A stretch of 23,885 nucleotides of DNA from a virus (lineage: Duplodnaviria > Heunggongvirae > Uroviricota > Caudoviricetes). This document shows positions 8,441 to 18,020 of this stretch, piece after piece (position 1 is the stretch's first letter; every line of letters starts with the position of its first letter). A program made the translations under genes and the position numbers. The stretch lies in the IMG/VR virus record IMGVR_UViG_2778261635_000004, positions 1 to 23,885 of that record; one strand, given 5' to 3'. A model generated the notes under the pieces. It ran no database searches. It was given only the letters and a program-made list of their open reading frames with translations, and was not told the DNA's origin.

Positions 8441-9499
8441 TTACGCTCCGGTTTCTGCTGCGGCGGCGCTGAAGTCGCCAATCTGGATGTTTTCCACCAG
8501 TGCGGCGCAGCGGTAGTCCTCAACCACATAGGCTTCGTTAACGGATTCAAAGTTTTCAATCCGGTCACGTTTCGGGTTGTCGATAACTGAACGGCGACGG
8601 GTGTCTTCCTGCCAGTAGATGGACAGGTTATCCAGACGGGTGATCAGCAGTGCATTCGGCGGGAAGAACGGCGCACGCACGGCCTGCAGGCCCCCCATGC
8701 GCTTCTGACTGATGATCATATCGGCAGCCAGTTTTTCACTGTTTTCCTGCTCTTTGTTGACCAGCGGGAAATACTTGTCAGACAGCAGTTCACGCCCGCA
8801 AATCACCACCAGATCGTCATCGTCCTGGTAGACCACATCGATAAGCTCATTGACGGCATCCATCACCACGGCGTCCAGGTTGGCATATTCGCCACCTTTC
8901 CCGACTTTCACCGCACCCGGTGTGGTTTCACCGCCCGTGGTGGTGCTGCCCATGACGTGATCCGGTGCATCTTCACGGATTTTCTGCAGCCAGCCTTTGT
9001 TCACATCCTGCAGCAGCGGGTTTTCGCTACGGTTGGAGGTTTTCGCACGCTTCACGCCGTTAAAGCCGATCATGATGCGGTCCAGAGCCTGACGTTTCAC
9101 GATGGCGTCACGGATGCGCACCTGGAAATCCTGAAACTTCGCCCACAGGTCCAGCTTCGCGTAGGTCAGCACCGTGTCAAAGTTGGTCTGCTCGCATTTA
9201 TATTCCACATCGACCATCAGCGTCGGATCGACAGGTTCACGCTCTTTCGCGGTGGTGTCAGTGGTTCCGGCAATGGTGCTGCCAACTCCCAGCCCCAGCA
9301 GCTGACCGGACTGCTCAGTCACTGGCGTGACGTTAATCAGCGTCAGGAAAGCGGCGGACTGCTGGATCTGGTCTTCCAGCGTCTGCTGCACAGACGGCTC
9401 CACAGTGAACTTGCTGGACAGTTCTTCAACTGCCACACCGTTCAGACGCGCCAGCTGCTGCAGGTAAGCGTTAAAAGCAAAGCGGGTATTCTTCTTCAT
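8441..9499 (-). CDS. N: Major capsid protein N
   Basis: 352 aa; size and position match P2 gpN. Confidence 0.85.
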   Translation of the reverse strand: MKKNTRFAFNAYLQQLARLNGVAVEELSSKFTVEPSVQQTLEDQIQQSAAFLTLINVTPVTEQSGQLLGLGVGSTIAGTTDTTAKEREPVDPTLMVDVEYKCEQTNFDTVLTYAKLDLWAKFQDFQVRIRDAIVKRQALDRIMIGFNGVKRAKTSNRSENPLLQDVNKGWLQKIREDAPDHVMGSTTTGGETTPGAVKVGKGGEYANLDAVVMDAVNELIDVVYQDDDDLVVICGRELLSDKYFPLVNKEQENSEKLAADMIISQKRMGGLQAVRAPFFPPNALLITRLDNLSIYWQEDTRRRSVIDNPKRDRIENFESVNEAYVVEDYRCAALVENIQIGDFSAAAAETGA

Positions 9500-9515
9500 C
9501 GGGTTTTGTGCTCCA

Positions 9516-10349
9516 TCAGCAATTGGTCAGAGTGTCAGCGGGGGCGTTACCGCCTGTTGCACGCTGGCGGTAGTCCTGGCGGCTGTCTTCATGACTCAGC
9601 TTGTCCACCAGTTCGTTAAAGGCGGTCTGCTGTGCCTGCAGGGCAGTCTCCAGCTCAGACAGACGTTCTTCCTGCTCAGACAGGGATTTTTCGGTGCGTG
9701 CGCTCAGGTTTTGCTGCTCAGTGGCGACCAGCTCCACGGCCTTATGCACATCAGAGAACCGGGCATCGTCGGACTGCTCTTTTTTGGTAAACAGCGCCGT
9801 GACACGGGCAAACAGGGAGGGTTTGTCATCCTGGATTTCTTCCAGTTCGATCACCGTTTCCTCTGCAGCGGTAAAGAGATTGGCAGGATTCTGCTTGCGG
9901 TTTGCCAGCGGGTTATGGGCTGCACTGGCGCTGAATGTCAGCATTTCAGTGCCCAGACTGGCAGGGTCATCAGTGGCAGCCAGGCCGACCAGGTAGGCTT
10001 TGCCCGTATCAGCAAACTTCGGGCTGACTTCCATAGAGGTGAATAATTTCTGGCCTTTTTTCACCAGCTCCACCAGTGATTCCGTTGGCTCAACGTCGGC
10101 ATACAATGCCATCTTGCCTGCCAGCGGACCTTCCGTGATTTCTTCAGCAAACAATGCCGTCACCTTGCCGTAGCGATTAAAGGTGCTGTCCGGCAGATAA
10201 GACTTGATGTGCTCAAGGTTAATCAGCGCGGTATACACCGCCGGGTTGTAGCTGGCTGCCATCTGTTCCAGCCATTCACGCTGGATTTCGCGTCCGTCGG
10301 TGGTGGCACCTTCCACCCCGATGCGAAAACGCTTTGCTTTCACTGTCAT
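9516..10349 (-). CDS. O: Capsid scaffolding protein O
   Basis: 277 aa, acidic, coiled-coil-rich C-terminal half; first gene of the leftward late operon, divergent from P. Confidence 0.85.
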   Translation of the reverse strand: MTVKAKRFRIGVEGATTDGREIQREWLEQMAASYNPAVYTALINLEHIKSYLPDSTFNRYGKVTALFAEEITEGPLAGKMALYADVEPTESLVELVKKGQKLFTSMEVSPKFADTGKAYLVGLAATDDPASLGTEMLTFSASAAHNPLANRKQNPANLFTAAEETVIELEEIQDDKPSLFARVTALFTKKEQSDDARFSDVHKAVELVATEQQNLSARTEKSLSEQEERLSELETALQAQQTAFNELVDKLSHEDSRQDYRQRATGGNAPADTLTNC

Positions 10350-10427
10350 GAGCCGTGCTCCGTTAGAAAAAACTTACTGGAGCCTTATGGTTGCGGTGAT
10401 GGGGGCAGTGAAACAATGCGCGGTATT

Positions 10428-10445
10428 TGTACCGACAACCACACA
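10428..10445. promoter_or_regulatory. Candidate late-promoter activator site (TGT-N12-ACA) in the O/P divergent intergenic region
   Basis: tgt accgacaaccac aca, about 87 nt upstream of the O start codon and 55 nt upstream of the P start codon. The motif is short enough to occur by chance. Confidence 0.3.
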
Positions 10446-10491
10446 AACCGCAGGCGGGGAAAGCCTTCATTCAAGGCTGTAGGTTTGTGCC

Positions 10492-12258
10492 ATGAACACC
10501 ACACTGACACCCGCAGATCTCGATCCCCGTCGGCAGGCCATGCTGCTGTACTTTCAGGGATACCGCGTAGCCCGCATTGCTGAAATGCTGGGCGAGAAAG
10601 TTGCAACCGTTCACAGCTGGAAAAAACGCGACAAATGGGGTGACTATGGGCCGCTGGATCAGATGCAGCTCACCACCGCCGCACGCTACTGCCAGCTCAT
10701 CATGAAGGAGCACAAAGAAGGGAAAGATTTCAAAGAGATTGACCTGCTGGCGCGCCAGTCGGAGCGCCACGCGCGGATCGGCAAGTTTAACAATGGCGGC
10801 AACGAAGCCGACTTAAACCCTAACGTCGCCAACCGCAACAAAGGCCCGCGCCGTCAGCCGGAAAAGAATGTCTTCACCGATGAACAGACCGAAAAGCTGG
10901 AGGAAATCTTCCGCAACGGCATGTTTGAATATCAGCGCCACTGGTGGCAGGCAGGCGTAAAACACCGCATTCGCAACCTGCTTAAATCACGCCAGATCGG
11001 GGCAACATACTTTTTTGCCCGCGAAGCGCTGATTGACGCCATCACCACGGGGCGCAACCAGATTTTTCTCTCAGCCAGTAAGGCGCAGGCACACGTTTTT
11101 AAGCAGTACATCATCGACTTTGCAAAAGAGGTGGATGTTGAGCTGAAAGGCGACCCGATGACCCTCAGCAACGGCGCGTGCCTGTACTTCCTCGGCACCA
11201 ACGCCCGCACGGCGCAGAGCTACCACGGCAACCTGTACCTTGATGAATATTTCTGGATACCGAAATTCCAGGAGTTGCGCAAGGTTGCCTCCGGTATGGC
11301 CATTCACAAGAAATGGCGACAAACCTACTTCTCCACGCCGTCCAGCCTGACCCACAGCGCCTATCCGTTCTGGTCTGGCGCGCTGTTCAACCGGGGCCGC
11401 GCCAAAGCAGACAAGGTGGACATTGACCTGACCCACAGCAACCTTGCGCGCGGCGTGCTCTGCCCGGACGGACAATATCGCCAGATCGTCACCGTAGAGG
11501 ATGCGGTGCGCGGTGGCTGTAATCTGTTCGACCTTGACCAGCTGCGCATGGAGTACAGCCCGGACGAATACCAGAACCTGCTGATGTGCGAATTTATTGA
11601 CGATCTGGCGTCAGTATTCCCGCTCAGCGAGCTGCAGGCGTGCATGGTGGACAGCTGGGAAGTGTGGGCAGATTTTCAGGCGCTGGCGCTGCGCCCGTTT
11701 GGCTGGCGCGAAGTCTGGATCGGATACGACCCGGCGAAAGGCACGCAGAACGGTGACAGCGCCGGGTGCGTGGTGGTGGCACCACCAACCGTACCGGGCG
11801 GCAAGTTCCGCATTCTTGAGCGGCACCAGTGGCGCGGGATGGACTTCCGCGCCCAGGCTGACGCTATCAAAAAGCTGACGCAGCAATACAACGTGACCTA
11901 TATCGGCATCGACTCGACCGGCGTCGGTCACGGTGTCTACGAGAACGTGAAAGCGTTCTTTCCTGCCGTGCGGGAGTTTGTCTACAACCCCAACGTCAAA
12001 AACGCCCTGGTGCTCAAGGCATACGACATTATCAGCCACCGGCGTCTGGAGTTCGACGCCGGGCACACCGACATTGCGCAGTCCTTTATGGCTATCCGCC
12101 GGGCCACTACCGCCAGCGGCAACCGCCCAACCTACGAAGCCAACCGCAGCGAAGAAGCCAGCCACGCAGATTTGGCCTGGGCAACGATGCACGCACTGTT
12201 TAACGAACCGCTGCAGGGTGAATCCGCCAATACCAGTAATATCGTGGAGATTTTTTAA
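10492..12258 (+). CDS. P: Terminase large (ATPase) subunit P
   Basis: 588 aa; size and position match P2 gpP; transcribed divergently from O and followed by the portal. Confidence 0.9.
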   Translation: MNTTLTPADLDPRRQAMLLYFQGYRVARIAEMLGEKVATVHSWKKRDKWGDYGPLDQMQLTTAARYCQLIMKEHKEGKDFKEIDLLARQSERHARIGKFNNGGNEADLNPNVANRNKGPRRQPEKNVFTDEQTEKLEEIFRNGMFEYQRHWWQAGVKHRIRNLLKSRQIGATYFFAREALIDAITTGRNQIFLSASKAQAHVFKQYIIDFAKEVDVELKGDPMTLSNGACLYFLGTNARTAQSYHGNLYLDEYFWIPKFQELRKVASGMAIHKKWRQTYFSTPSSLTHSAYPFWSGALFNRGRAKADKVDIDLTHSNLARGVLCPDGQYRQIVTVEDAVRGGCNLFDLDQLRMEYSPDEYQNLLMCEFIDDLASVFPLSELQACMVDSWEVWADFQALALRPFGWREVWIGYDPAKGTQNGDSAGCVVVAPPTVPGGKFRILERHQWRGMDFRAQADAIKKLTQQYNVTYIGIDSTGVGHGVYENVKAFFPAVREFVYNPNVKNALVLKAYDIISHRRLEFDAGHTDIAQSFMAIRRATTASGNRPTYEANRSEEASHADLAWATMHALFNEPLQGESANTSNIVEIF

Positions 12259-13304
12259 TGAGTGAACAAAACGAGGCCGCAAGTCTGGGGACTATCGATC
12301 CACAGCACCTGCCTGACAAAGCAGCCACAGCCGAAGCATTCAGCTTCGGCGATCCGATCCCGGTGTTAGACCGTCGCGAACTTCTTGACTATGTAGAGTG
12401 CGTACAGATGGATCGCTGGTATGAGCCGCCTGTCAGCTTTGACGGACTGGCGCGGACTTACCGTGCCGCGGTGCACCACAGCTCACCGATTGCCGTAAAG
12501 CGTGACATTCTCAGCAGCACTTACATCCCGCACCGCCTGCTCAGCCAGCAGGCTTTTGCCCGTTTCGTCCAGGACTATCTGGTATTCGGTAACGCCTATC
12601 TGGAAAAACGCACCAACCGGCTCGGCGGCGTTCTCTCACTTGAGCCAGCACTAGCGAAATATACACGGCGTGGAGTGGACCTCGAAACCTACTGGTTTGT
12701 GCAGTATGGTCTGACCACACAGCCATATGAATTTACGCGTGGCAACGTCTTCCATCTGATGGAACCGGATATTAACCAGGAGATTTATGGGTTGCCCGGC
12801 TATCTCTCCGCTATCCCATCAACCCTTCTCAACGAGTCCGCAACGCTATTTCGCCGGAAGTATTACATCAACGGCAGCCATGCTGGCTTCATCATGTACA
12901 TGACTGACGCAGCGCAGAATCAGGAGGATGTGAACAATATCCGCCAGGCAATGAAAAGCGCCAAAGGACCAGGTAATTTTCGCAACCTGTTTATGTACTC
13001 CCCCAACGGGAAAAAAGATGGTATCCAGATCATTCCATTGTCCGAGGTGGCAGCAAAAGATGAATTTCTGAACATCAAGAACGTGAGCCGCGATGACATG
13101 ATGGCAGCGCACCGCGTTCCGCCGCAAATGATGGGAATTATTCCCAACAATACAGGCGGTTTTGGTGATGTAGAAAAAGCCAGTCGCGTATTTGTTCGCA
13201 ATGAGTTAATCCCCTTGCAAAAACGTTTGCAGGAATTAAATGACTGGCTTGGGGAAGCAATAATTACATTTTCACCTTATGAATTGGGTGCAGATGTAAA
13301 ATAA
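12258..13304 (+). CDS. Q: Portal protein Q
   Basis: 348 aa; start overlaps P stop; size and position match P2 gpQ. Confidence 0.9.
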   Translation: MSEQNEAASLGTIDPQHLPDKAATAEAFSFGDPIPVLDRRELLDYVECVQMDRWYEPPVSFDGLARTYRAAVHHSSPIAVKRDILSSTYIPHRLLSQQAFARFVQDYLVFGNAYLEKRTNRLGGVLSLEPALAKYTRRGVDLETYWFVQYGLTTQPYEFTRGNVFHLMEPDINQEIYGLPGYLSAIPSTLLNESATLFRRKYYINGSHAGFIMYMTDAAQNQEDVNNIRQAMKSAKGPGNFRNLFMYSPNGKKDGIQIIPLSEVAAKDEFLNIKNVSRDDMMAAHRVPPQMMGIIPNNTGGFGDVEKASRVFVRNELIPLQKRLQELNDWLGEAIITFSPYELGADVK

Positions 13305-13310
13305 TTGGTT

Positions 13311-14084
13311 CTAGCCTCTATTTTTTCTTCTATCCTCACGCCTTTCTTTTGCCTGAGCAAGGCGTTGAGGTTCAGTATATAAACGTTCCAACAATATATA
13401 AGTGAACTCTTCAAGGTCCTCCGCAGCCGCGTAATCTAAAGCTCCTTCATGCGCGCCATCATTGCCATCATCTTTCACACATTCAGCCAAGTCTCTTAAA
13501 GTCTCTGGCAACCGCTGATTATCAAACAACCAATTCATTCTTAACCCTAAGCTTCGCCGTATTTTTTGATTTGGTTCAGTATCTCCCTTAGGTAATAAGT
13601 CCTTAGTTGCATAATCCAAACATAACCTAAACATAGTTCCTGCTGCGTTATAGCAACCAATAGCTAAACACTTAGAACCTTCTACAAAAGCTTCGTGTAT
13701 ATGCTGAGGCAAAAATTCTGGCGGTTCTCCTGCATCTAAGTCTGCTGGACTAATTGGGCGTTTGACTTTTGCAATATCAGTTAGCTTAAATAAGGCCATG
13801 CCCCAGTTAATGCTGCTAAGATCACGTCCCCGATCTAAGCTATCACAAATATATATCGTTGTTTTCTTACACTCCCTGCATACACAATATACCTCATATT
13901 CGGGTAAATTATCGCCGGAAAATGTTTCATACGTACCGCAGCAGTTTGCCCCTAGAACATCAAATGCTATTTTTTGCGCACCACACCTTGGGCAGTTTTC
14001 CACTAACATAGCCATGCAACAGATATCCTTGAAATGGTGATTATTTGTATGTTCTAAATACCATAATTTCTTACTGACAACCAT
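13311..14084 (-). CDS. Cys-rich zinc-ribbon protein with DUF4145-like C-terminal domain; cargo gene between portal and cos
   Basis: 257 aa; CxxC pairs (CPRCG, CRECKK) plus other Cys in the N-terminal 90 aa; C-terminus LRDLAECVKDDGNDGAHEGALDYAAAEDLEEF resembles the DUF4145 pattern as I recall it. AT-rich; only 6 bp from the Q stop (convergent); start codon about 10 nt from the cos-like sequence. Confidence 0.5.
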   Translation of the reverse strand: MVVSKKLWYLEHTNNHHFKDICCMAMLVENCPRCGAQKIAFDVLGANCCGTYETFSGDNLPEYEVYCVCRECKKTTIYICDSLDRGRDLSSINWGMALFKLTDIAKVKRPISPADLDAGEPPEFLPQHIHEAFVEGSKCLAIGCYNAAGTMFRLCLDYATKDLLPKGDTEPNQKIRRSLGLRMNWLFDNQRLPETLRDLAECVKDDGNDGAHEGALDYAAAEDLEEFTYILLERLYTEPQRLAQAKERREDRRKNRG

Positions 14085-14093
14085 GAGCGCGCG

Positions 14094-14112
14094 CTCGTAT
14101 CCCCGCCACGCC
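14094..14112. other. cos-like cohesive-end site
   Basis: Reverse complement reads GGCGTGGCGGGGATACGAG, close to the 19-nt cohesive ends I recall for P2 (GGCGAGGCGGGGAAAGCAC) and 186 (GGCGTGGCGGGGAAAGCAT); next to the portal end of the map as expected. Confidence 0.45.
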
Positions 14113-14121
14113 TGCCCGCTT

Positions 14122-14238
14122 TATGCAGTGGTTTTCATGCACATGCATGACATGAGCAAAAGCCCGCCAGTTCTGGCGGATCTGAGCAAAGACGATCCTC
14201 AATCGATCATGCGATTTCATGCAGCATAGTCATGCACT
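14122..14238. repeat. Cluster of (T)CATGCA hexamer repeats plus a 16-bp palindrome (ccgccag tt ctggcgg, about 14164..14179) flanked by GAGCAAA direct repeats
   Basis: CATGCA or near-copies at about 14122, 14136, 14142, 14208, 14218, 14232; palindrome and flanking repeats read directly from the sequence. Confidence 0.5.
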
Positions 14239-14491
14239 GTCAAGGAAGTGAAAATCCGTATCTGAATGGCCACTTGAAAAACGGATCATACGGGTTTACA
14301 AAGATGAATGTTCGCTGTGAACGGGAAGCGGAAGTTAACTTTCAGATAACATAATCCATATGCACGAGAACCTCTAAAATAGAATGGGACACCTAAGCGG
14401 GGTACTTACAACGATTCTTTCCATATTCACAGTTAACACTCTGTTTGGCGTATTTTTATTCAAATAGCAAACACCAATAAAAGGAGTTTCC

Positions 14492-14827
14492 ATGAACAAT
14501 ATTCCCCCTATACCACAGTTAGGAATTTATGTCTCAAAAATCGATCCCACCCTACGTATCACTGTAACCGATGTTGATATTGTTGATGGTGAGGATGATT
14601 CTCCTGATGATGAATTGTTTTATTTAGTCCACTGGATCGAGGGGGAAGATGAAAGTGATATGACAGCAATGGGATTTGAGCTAGACCCATTAGAGTGGCA
14701 GGCTTTCGTTGAATCTGAGCAATTAGTGTTTGAGCGTGATCCGTACATGGATTCAATCCCCGAAAATTCAAACTTGGCAAAGATTCGGGATTTTCTCATG
14801 AAGACTAAACAGAATGATCATTCGTAA
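14492..14827 (+). CDS. Small, highly acidic hypothetical protein (Asp/Glu-rich), cargo gene
   Basis: 111 aa with strong RBS (aaaggag 7 nt before ATG); D/E runs (DGEDDSPDDE, EGEDESD); AT-rich. Confidence 0.65.
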   Translation: MNNIPPIPQLGIYVSKIDPTLRITVTDVDIVDGEDDSPDDELFYLVHWIEGEDESDMTAMGFELDPLEWQAFVESEQLVFERDPYMDSIPENSNLAKIRDFLMKTKQNDHS

Positions 14828-14981
14828 GTGTAAGCATCCATCAGGAAAATGGTTTTGTAAGTGAATCATCAACTTTTAGAGAGTCTCAGACACTCCCACT
14901 TCTGCTTCTGACACAAAGCGGACGATCACTTATCAAAATAACCGCCCACCTTACGCCTTATTTCACTCATTGCCCAAACTA

Positions 14982-15011
14982 GCCCCCATCAGAATGAATC
15001 CTCCTGGGGGC
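14982..15011. terminator. Possible bidirectional terminator hairpin between convergent genes
   Basis: GCCCCCA ... TGGGGGC inverted repeat (7-bp arms) between the acidic-protein gene and the convergent DinI-like gene; loop is long (16 nt) and the U-run weak. Confidence 0.25.
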
Positions 15012-15019
15012 AACATTTC

Positions 15020-15253
15020 TTAATGCAGCCAGCTGTCGTCCTCCCACACCTTCTGCATAATTTTCATCACTTGTTTTCTTTCTTCATCCAGTTGCAGTCC
15101 GGTTAGTTCCACACCGTTAGAGCTACCTTTGCGAATGCGAATTACCGTTTTGGGATACAGGGGGCGCAGATTGCGGTAAAGCTCGGATTCAAGTGCGTCC
15201 AAGGTAGACTGGCTAATCTTCTGCTCTTTATCGATCATTATTTCAATGCGCAT
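15020..15253 (-). CDS. DinI-family protein (SOS-induced RecA modulator homologue)
   Basis: Track ORF 15020..15325; the likely start is the internal ATG at 15253 (GAGGTG upstream), giving 77 aa. MRIEIMIDKEQ...ALESELYRNL...QKVWEDDSW follows the recalled E. coli DinI pattern (MRIEVTI..., ...TWE...W). Confidence 0.75.
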   Translation of the reverse strand: MRIEIMIDKEQKISQSTLDALESELYRNLRPLYPKTVIRIRKGSSNGVELTGLQLDEERKQVMKIMQKVWEDDSWLH

Positions 15254-15263
15254 AAAAGTCACC

Positions 15264-15452
15264 TCAGCTGATGACATCCATTGAGCGGTTGTATTCGTGG
15301 CTTCTGATTTTTGCCATGAGTTCATCAGTCAATTCAGAAACCCACTGCAGAGCCAGCCCCTTCTCTTCATCACTACACTCACTAGCCGCTACAAGCTTAA
15401 GAAAAAAATCAATGCGCTGGAGCTTCAAAGACTCCAAAAAATAGTCCTGCAT
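15264..15452 (-). CDS. Small hypothetical protein, first gene of the LexA-controlled operon (candidate Tum-like antirepressor part)
   Basis: 62 aa from the ATG at 15452 with AGGAGG 5 nt upstream; the longer track ORF (to 15554) would run through the LexA box and promoter. Confidence 0.5.
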   Translation of the reverse strand: MQDYFLESLKLQRIDFFLKLVAASECSDEEKGLALQWVSELTDELMAKIRSHEYNRSMDVIS

Positions 15453-15494
15453 CTTTCCTCCTATGACACCAAAACAATACTGTATGCATAACCA

Positions 15495-15510
15495 CTGTTT
15501 ATATTTACAG
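15495..15510 (-). promoter_or_regulatory. LexA (SOS) box overlapping a promoter for the small-protein/DinI-like operon
   Basis: CTGTttatatttACAG matches CTGT-N8-ACAG with AT-rich spacer and flanking ca/ta; about 40 nt upstream of the 15452 start; TTTACA -35-like hexamer just upstream on the coding strand. Confidence 0.7.
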
Positions 15511-15605
15511 TATATAATAATCTTACTGATGTAAAACGTTTTTTTTACGTTCATCGGCCTGATATGCCTGGTATTATTAAGAGCACGAATTGTTAACCCG
15601 CGTAA

Positions 15606-18020
15606 TTAATACAGGTTCCGCCACTTATCATCTTCCTTCAGACGCTGGTTCCGATAGAAGATACGCAGGCCTGCTCCTGACGGAATACTGCCGCCGCGAA
15701 GGAGCAAATCGACTTCTTTCTCGCTGCCATCAAATCCCCTGGACTTCAGTTCATAGACGAGCTGCTGTCGCTGATGGTCTGTAATTCGCTGTTTGTAGTC
15801 TTTACGCCGTTTCGGTTTCACCTGGCGTAACCTTGCAGCCAGTTCCCGGCGCTCTTTTTTGCTCATACTGTGCAGGTAATCGTGCAACTCCTTGTCATTC
15901 ATACGGGTAATATCCGTTCTGGAGTCCCCATCAGCTGATTTGTCTTTCCCTTGTTGGTTCAAATTTTCAGCAAGGGGACAGTTATTGCCACGAGTCCAAG
16001 GGGCGCAAGCGCCCTGGTCGGCTACCGCCTCCTGAACGTCAACGGCCTTACGAACCATTTTCCACTTCACTGCATGAGTGCAGATCTTGCCCTCTGCAAT
16101 GGGTGACCAGATGCCATAAATACGAATGCCGTGATCGCCATAGGCGGTCGGCTCTTCGTTGATTTCATAAGCGGTTCTGATAAGGTGATATTTACGGGGA
16201 ACCAGTACGCCGCCCTGCTTCATGATGTAGGTGGCAAAACAACCAGCATCAGCAGCAGCCAGGATGGCATCAAGGCGCGGGTCATCCAGTATCGGCGCAC
16301 CTGCTTTTTTGTCACCCTGTTGCCTTGCCGCCTGACCAGCCAGCAAGCGAAGTTCACGGTAAGCCTGACGTCCCGGAATACCAAAGAAGCGGAACTGCTG
16401 AACACGATGCAGAGACGCCCAGGCATTAACGTATTCGGCGTTATCACGCAGGGATTTACCCGTTTCCTTGCTGATCTCGCCAGCCAGACCACGCCCGTCA
16501 ATGTTCTTACTGATGTATTTCGCGATGTAGCTTGTCGGTGTTCCTTTGCGCCGGTTAATCAGCTCAGACTTAAAGCGTGGCCCCGTGTTGTTGCCCAGCT
16601 CCTCGCGGTCTACACGGATGGCAAACTTACGCAGTAATGCAGTGATGGCGCGGCGGTCTTTTTTACGCATGAAGCACATGAGATGCCAGTGCACAGTACC
16701 GTCATGGTGCGGCTCAGCCACCCGCACGCCATACCAGCGCAACCCGGTTTTGTGCATTGCCTTACGAAATGCAGCAAACATGCCGACCATATAATCGCTG
16801 CTTTGTCTTACCGTCGCATTTGTCCAGGTCGGGTTGGGTCTGCCGTTGTTGAGCGTGGAATGGAAACGTGACGGACAGGTGATAGTGTAGAAAACGGCGC
16901 AGTCACCGCGCATTTCCGCGATAAGCTCCAGACCTTTAACACAGGCCATCATCTCATTGCGGCGATGCGCAGGGTTGCTGCTGCTGGCGTTTACCACATC
17001 CTCCATGTCCAGCGTGTCGCCGTCTTCGTTCACCAGTTCATGAGAACGGAAAAACTCCAGCGACTTACGGCGCTGCTCACGTTTATGCATCACGGCTTCA
17101 TAGCTGACATAGGGAGATGCTTTTTTGCTGACCAGGCAGACAGCACGCAACTGCTCTTCCCGCCATTCGCAACGCATCTTCCATAATTTCCCATACCACC
17201 AGTCGGCGCACAACATACGCGCCAGCGAACCCGGAATGAGTTCATAGGGCACGGGTTTACGGCGGTTTCTTTTCCGACGGAGTTGCTCAAACGCAGGTGG
17301 GATGACATCCAGACGCAGGGTTTCCGCCGCCACCTTTTCCCATGTCTTGCGGATTTCTTCTGGCTTAACGTCATCGGTGGCATACAAATCGCCACAAGCT
17401 GCATCAAGGCACATGCTCATATGCGCAGCTACCAGGGTGGACAGGCGTTTCACCTGATCCTGACTCATTTCAGGCAGGATCAGCAGGCCCTCCAGCCCTT
17501 GATGGCTTGCCATAAAACGGAAAGAAGCAGACAGCTGACTGTCACGTACACAATCCAGTCGCTCCAGACATGGCTTAATCGTCTCACGCAAATAGCGGGA
17601 ATAAGCCTTTGGCCTGCCCAGGCTGCTGAAGTATTCGATACGTTGCATCAGCGGCTTGCTAATATGGGTGGGCTGGGCGCTGACGTCCGCCAGAATGACC
17701 ATGTCCGGGTTAAAACGCTGCTGTTCATGCGCTAGCTTTGCCCGGCTAATGAGCTTATCCTGCTCCATTTCGCGCTGGACAGGATCACGAGATTCATTAA
17801 AGAAATAACGCTCCCAGACCTGCTCACTCAGTGCATCGCGGCGCAGCTGTTCCTGCTCATTATCGGCAGCGTACAGAGTGATCAGGTTTAAAAGTGCAGA
17901 CTCCGGAGCAACTTCCGCCGGGTCCAGATAAGGGTTAATGGCCTTTTTCGGGCCGTTCCATGAAAATGCTGCAGCGGCCTCGTTAAAGCCGCTAGAGTTG
18001 CTCATATCGTCATGACTCAT
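15606..18020 (-). CDS. A: Replication initiation protein A (rolling-circle endonuclease)
   Basis: 804 aa; HUH-like motif [10 protein letters not shown] and active-site tyrosine motif YIAKYISK; GAGGTG RBS; start overlaps the Dam stop. Confidence 0.9.
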   Translation of the reverse strand: MSHDDMSNSSGFNEAAAAFSWNGPKKAINPYLDPAEVAPESALLNLITLYAADNEQEQLRRDALSEQVWERYFFNESRDPVQREMEQDKLISRAKLAHEQQRFNPDMVILADVSAQPTHISKPLMQRIEYFSSLGRPKAYSRYLRETIKPCLERLDCVRDSQLSASFRFMASHQGLEGLLILPEMSQDQVKRLSTLVAAHMSMCLDAACGDLYATDDVKPEEIRKTWEKVAAETLRLDVIPPAFEQLRRKRNRRKPVPYELIPGSLARMLCADWWYGKLWKMRCEWREEQLRAVCLVSKKASPYVSYEAVMHKREQRRKSLEFFRSHELVNEDGDTLDMEDVVNASSSNPAHRRNEMMACVKGLELIAEMRGDCAVFYTITCPSRFHSTLNNGRPNPTWTNATVRQSSDYMVGMFAAFRKAMHKTGLRWYGVRVAEPHHDGTVHWHLMCFMRKKDRRAITALLRKFAIRVDREELGNNTGPRFKSELINRRKGTPTSYIAKYISKNIDGRGLAGEISKETGKSLRDNAEYVNAWASLHRVQQFRFFGIPGRQAYRELRLLAGQAARQQGDKKAGAPILDDPRLDAILAAADAGCFATYIMKQGGVLVPRKYHLIRTAYEINEEPTAYGDHGIRIYGIWSPIAEGKICTHAVKWKMVRKAVDVQEAVADQGACAPWTRGNNCPLAENLNQQGKDKSADGDSRTDITRMNDKELHDYLHSMSKKERRELAARLRQVKPKRRKDYKQRITDHQRQQLVYELKSRGFDGSEKEVDLLLRGGSIPSGAGLRIFYRNQRLKEDDKWRNLY

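Noticed and set aside
10486-10503. Second TGT-N12-ACA match
   Set aside because: Overlaps the P start codon and coding sequence; the motif is short enough to occur by chance several times per window.
14400-14420. ACAG-N8-CTGT dyad upstream of the acidic-protein gene
   Set aside because: The half-sites are in the opposite arrangement to a LexA box (CTGT-N8-ACAG), so it is not called an SOS operator.
15264-15554. Full 96-aa version of the ORF upstream of the DinI-like gene
   Set aside because: Its first 34 codons would run through the LexA box and promoter; the internal ATG at 15452 has a strong AGGAGG RBS.
16131-16637. 168-aa + strand ORF (and other + strand ORFs between 15606 and 18020)
   Set aside because: Lie entirely inside the 804-aa replication initiator gene on the opposite strand, with no RBS or recognisable motifs.
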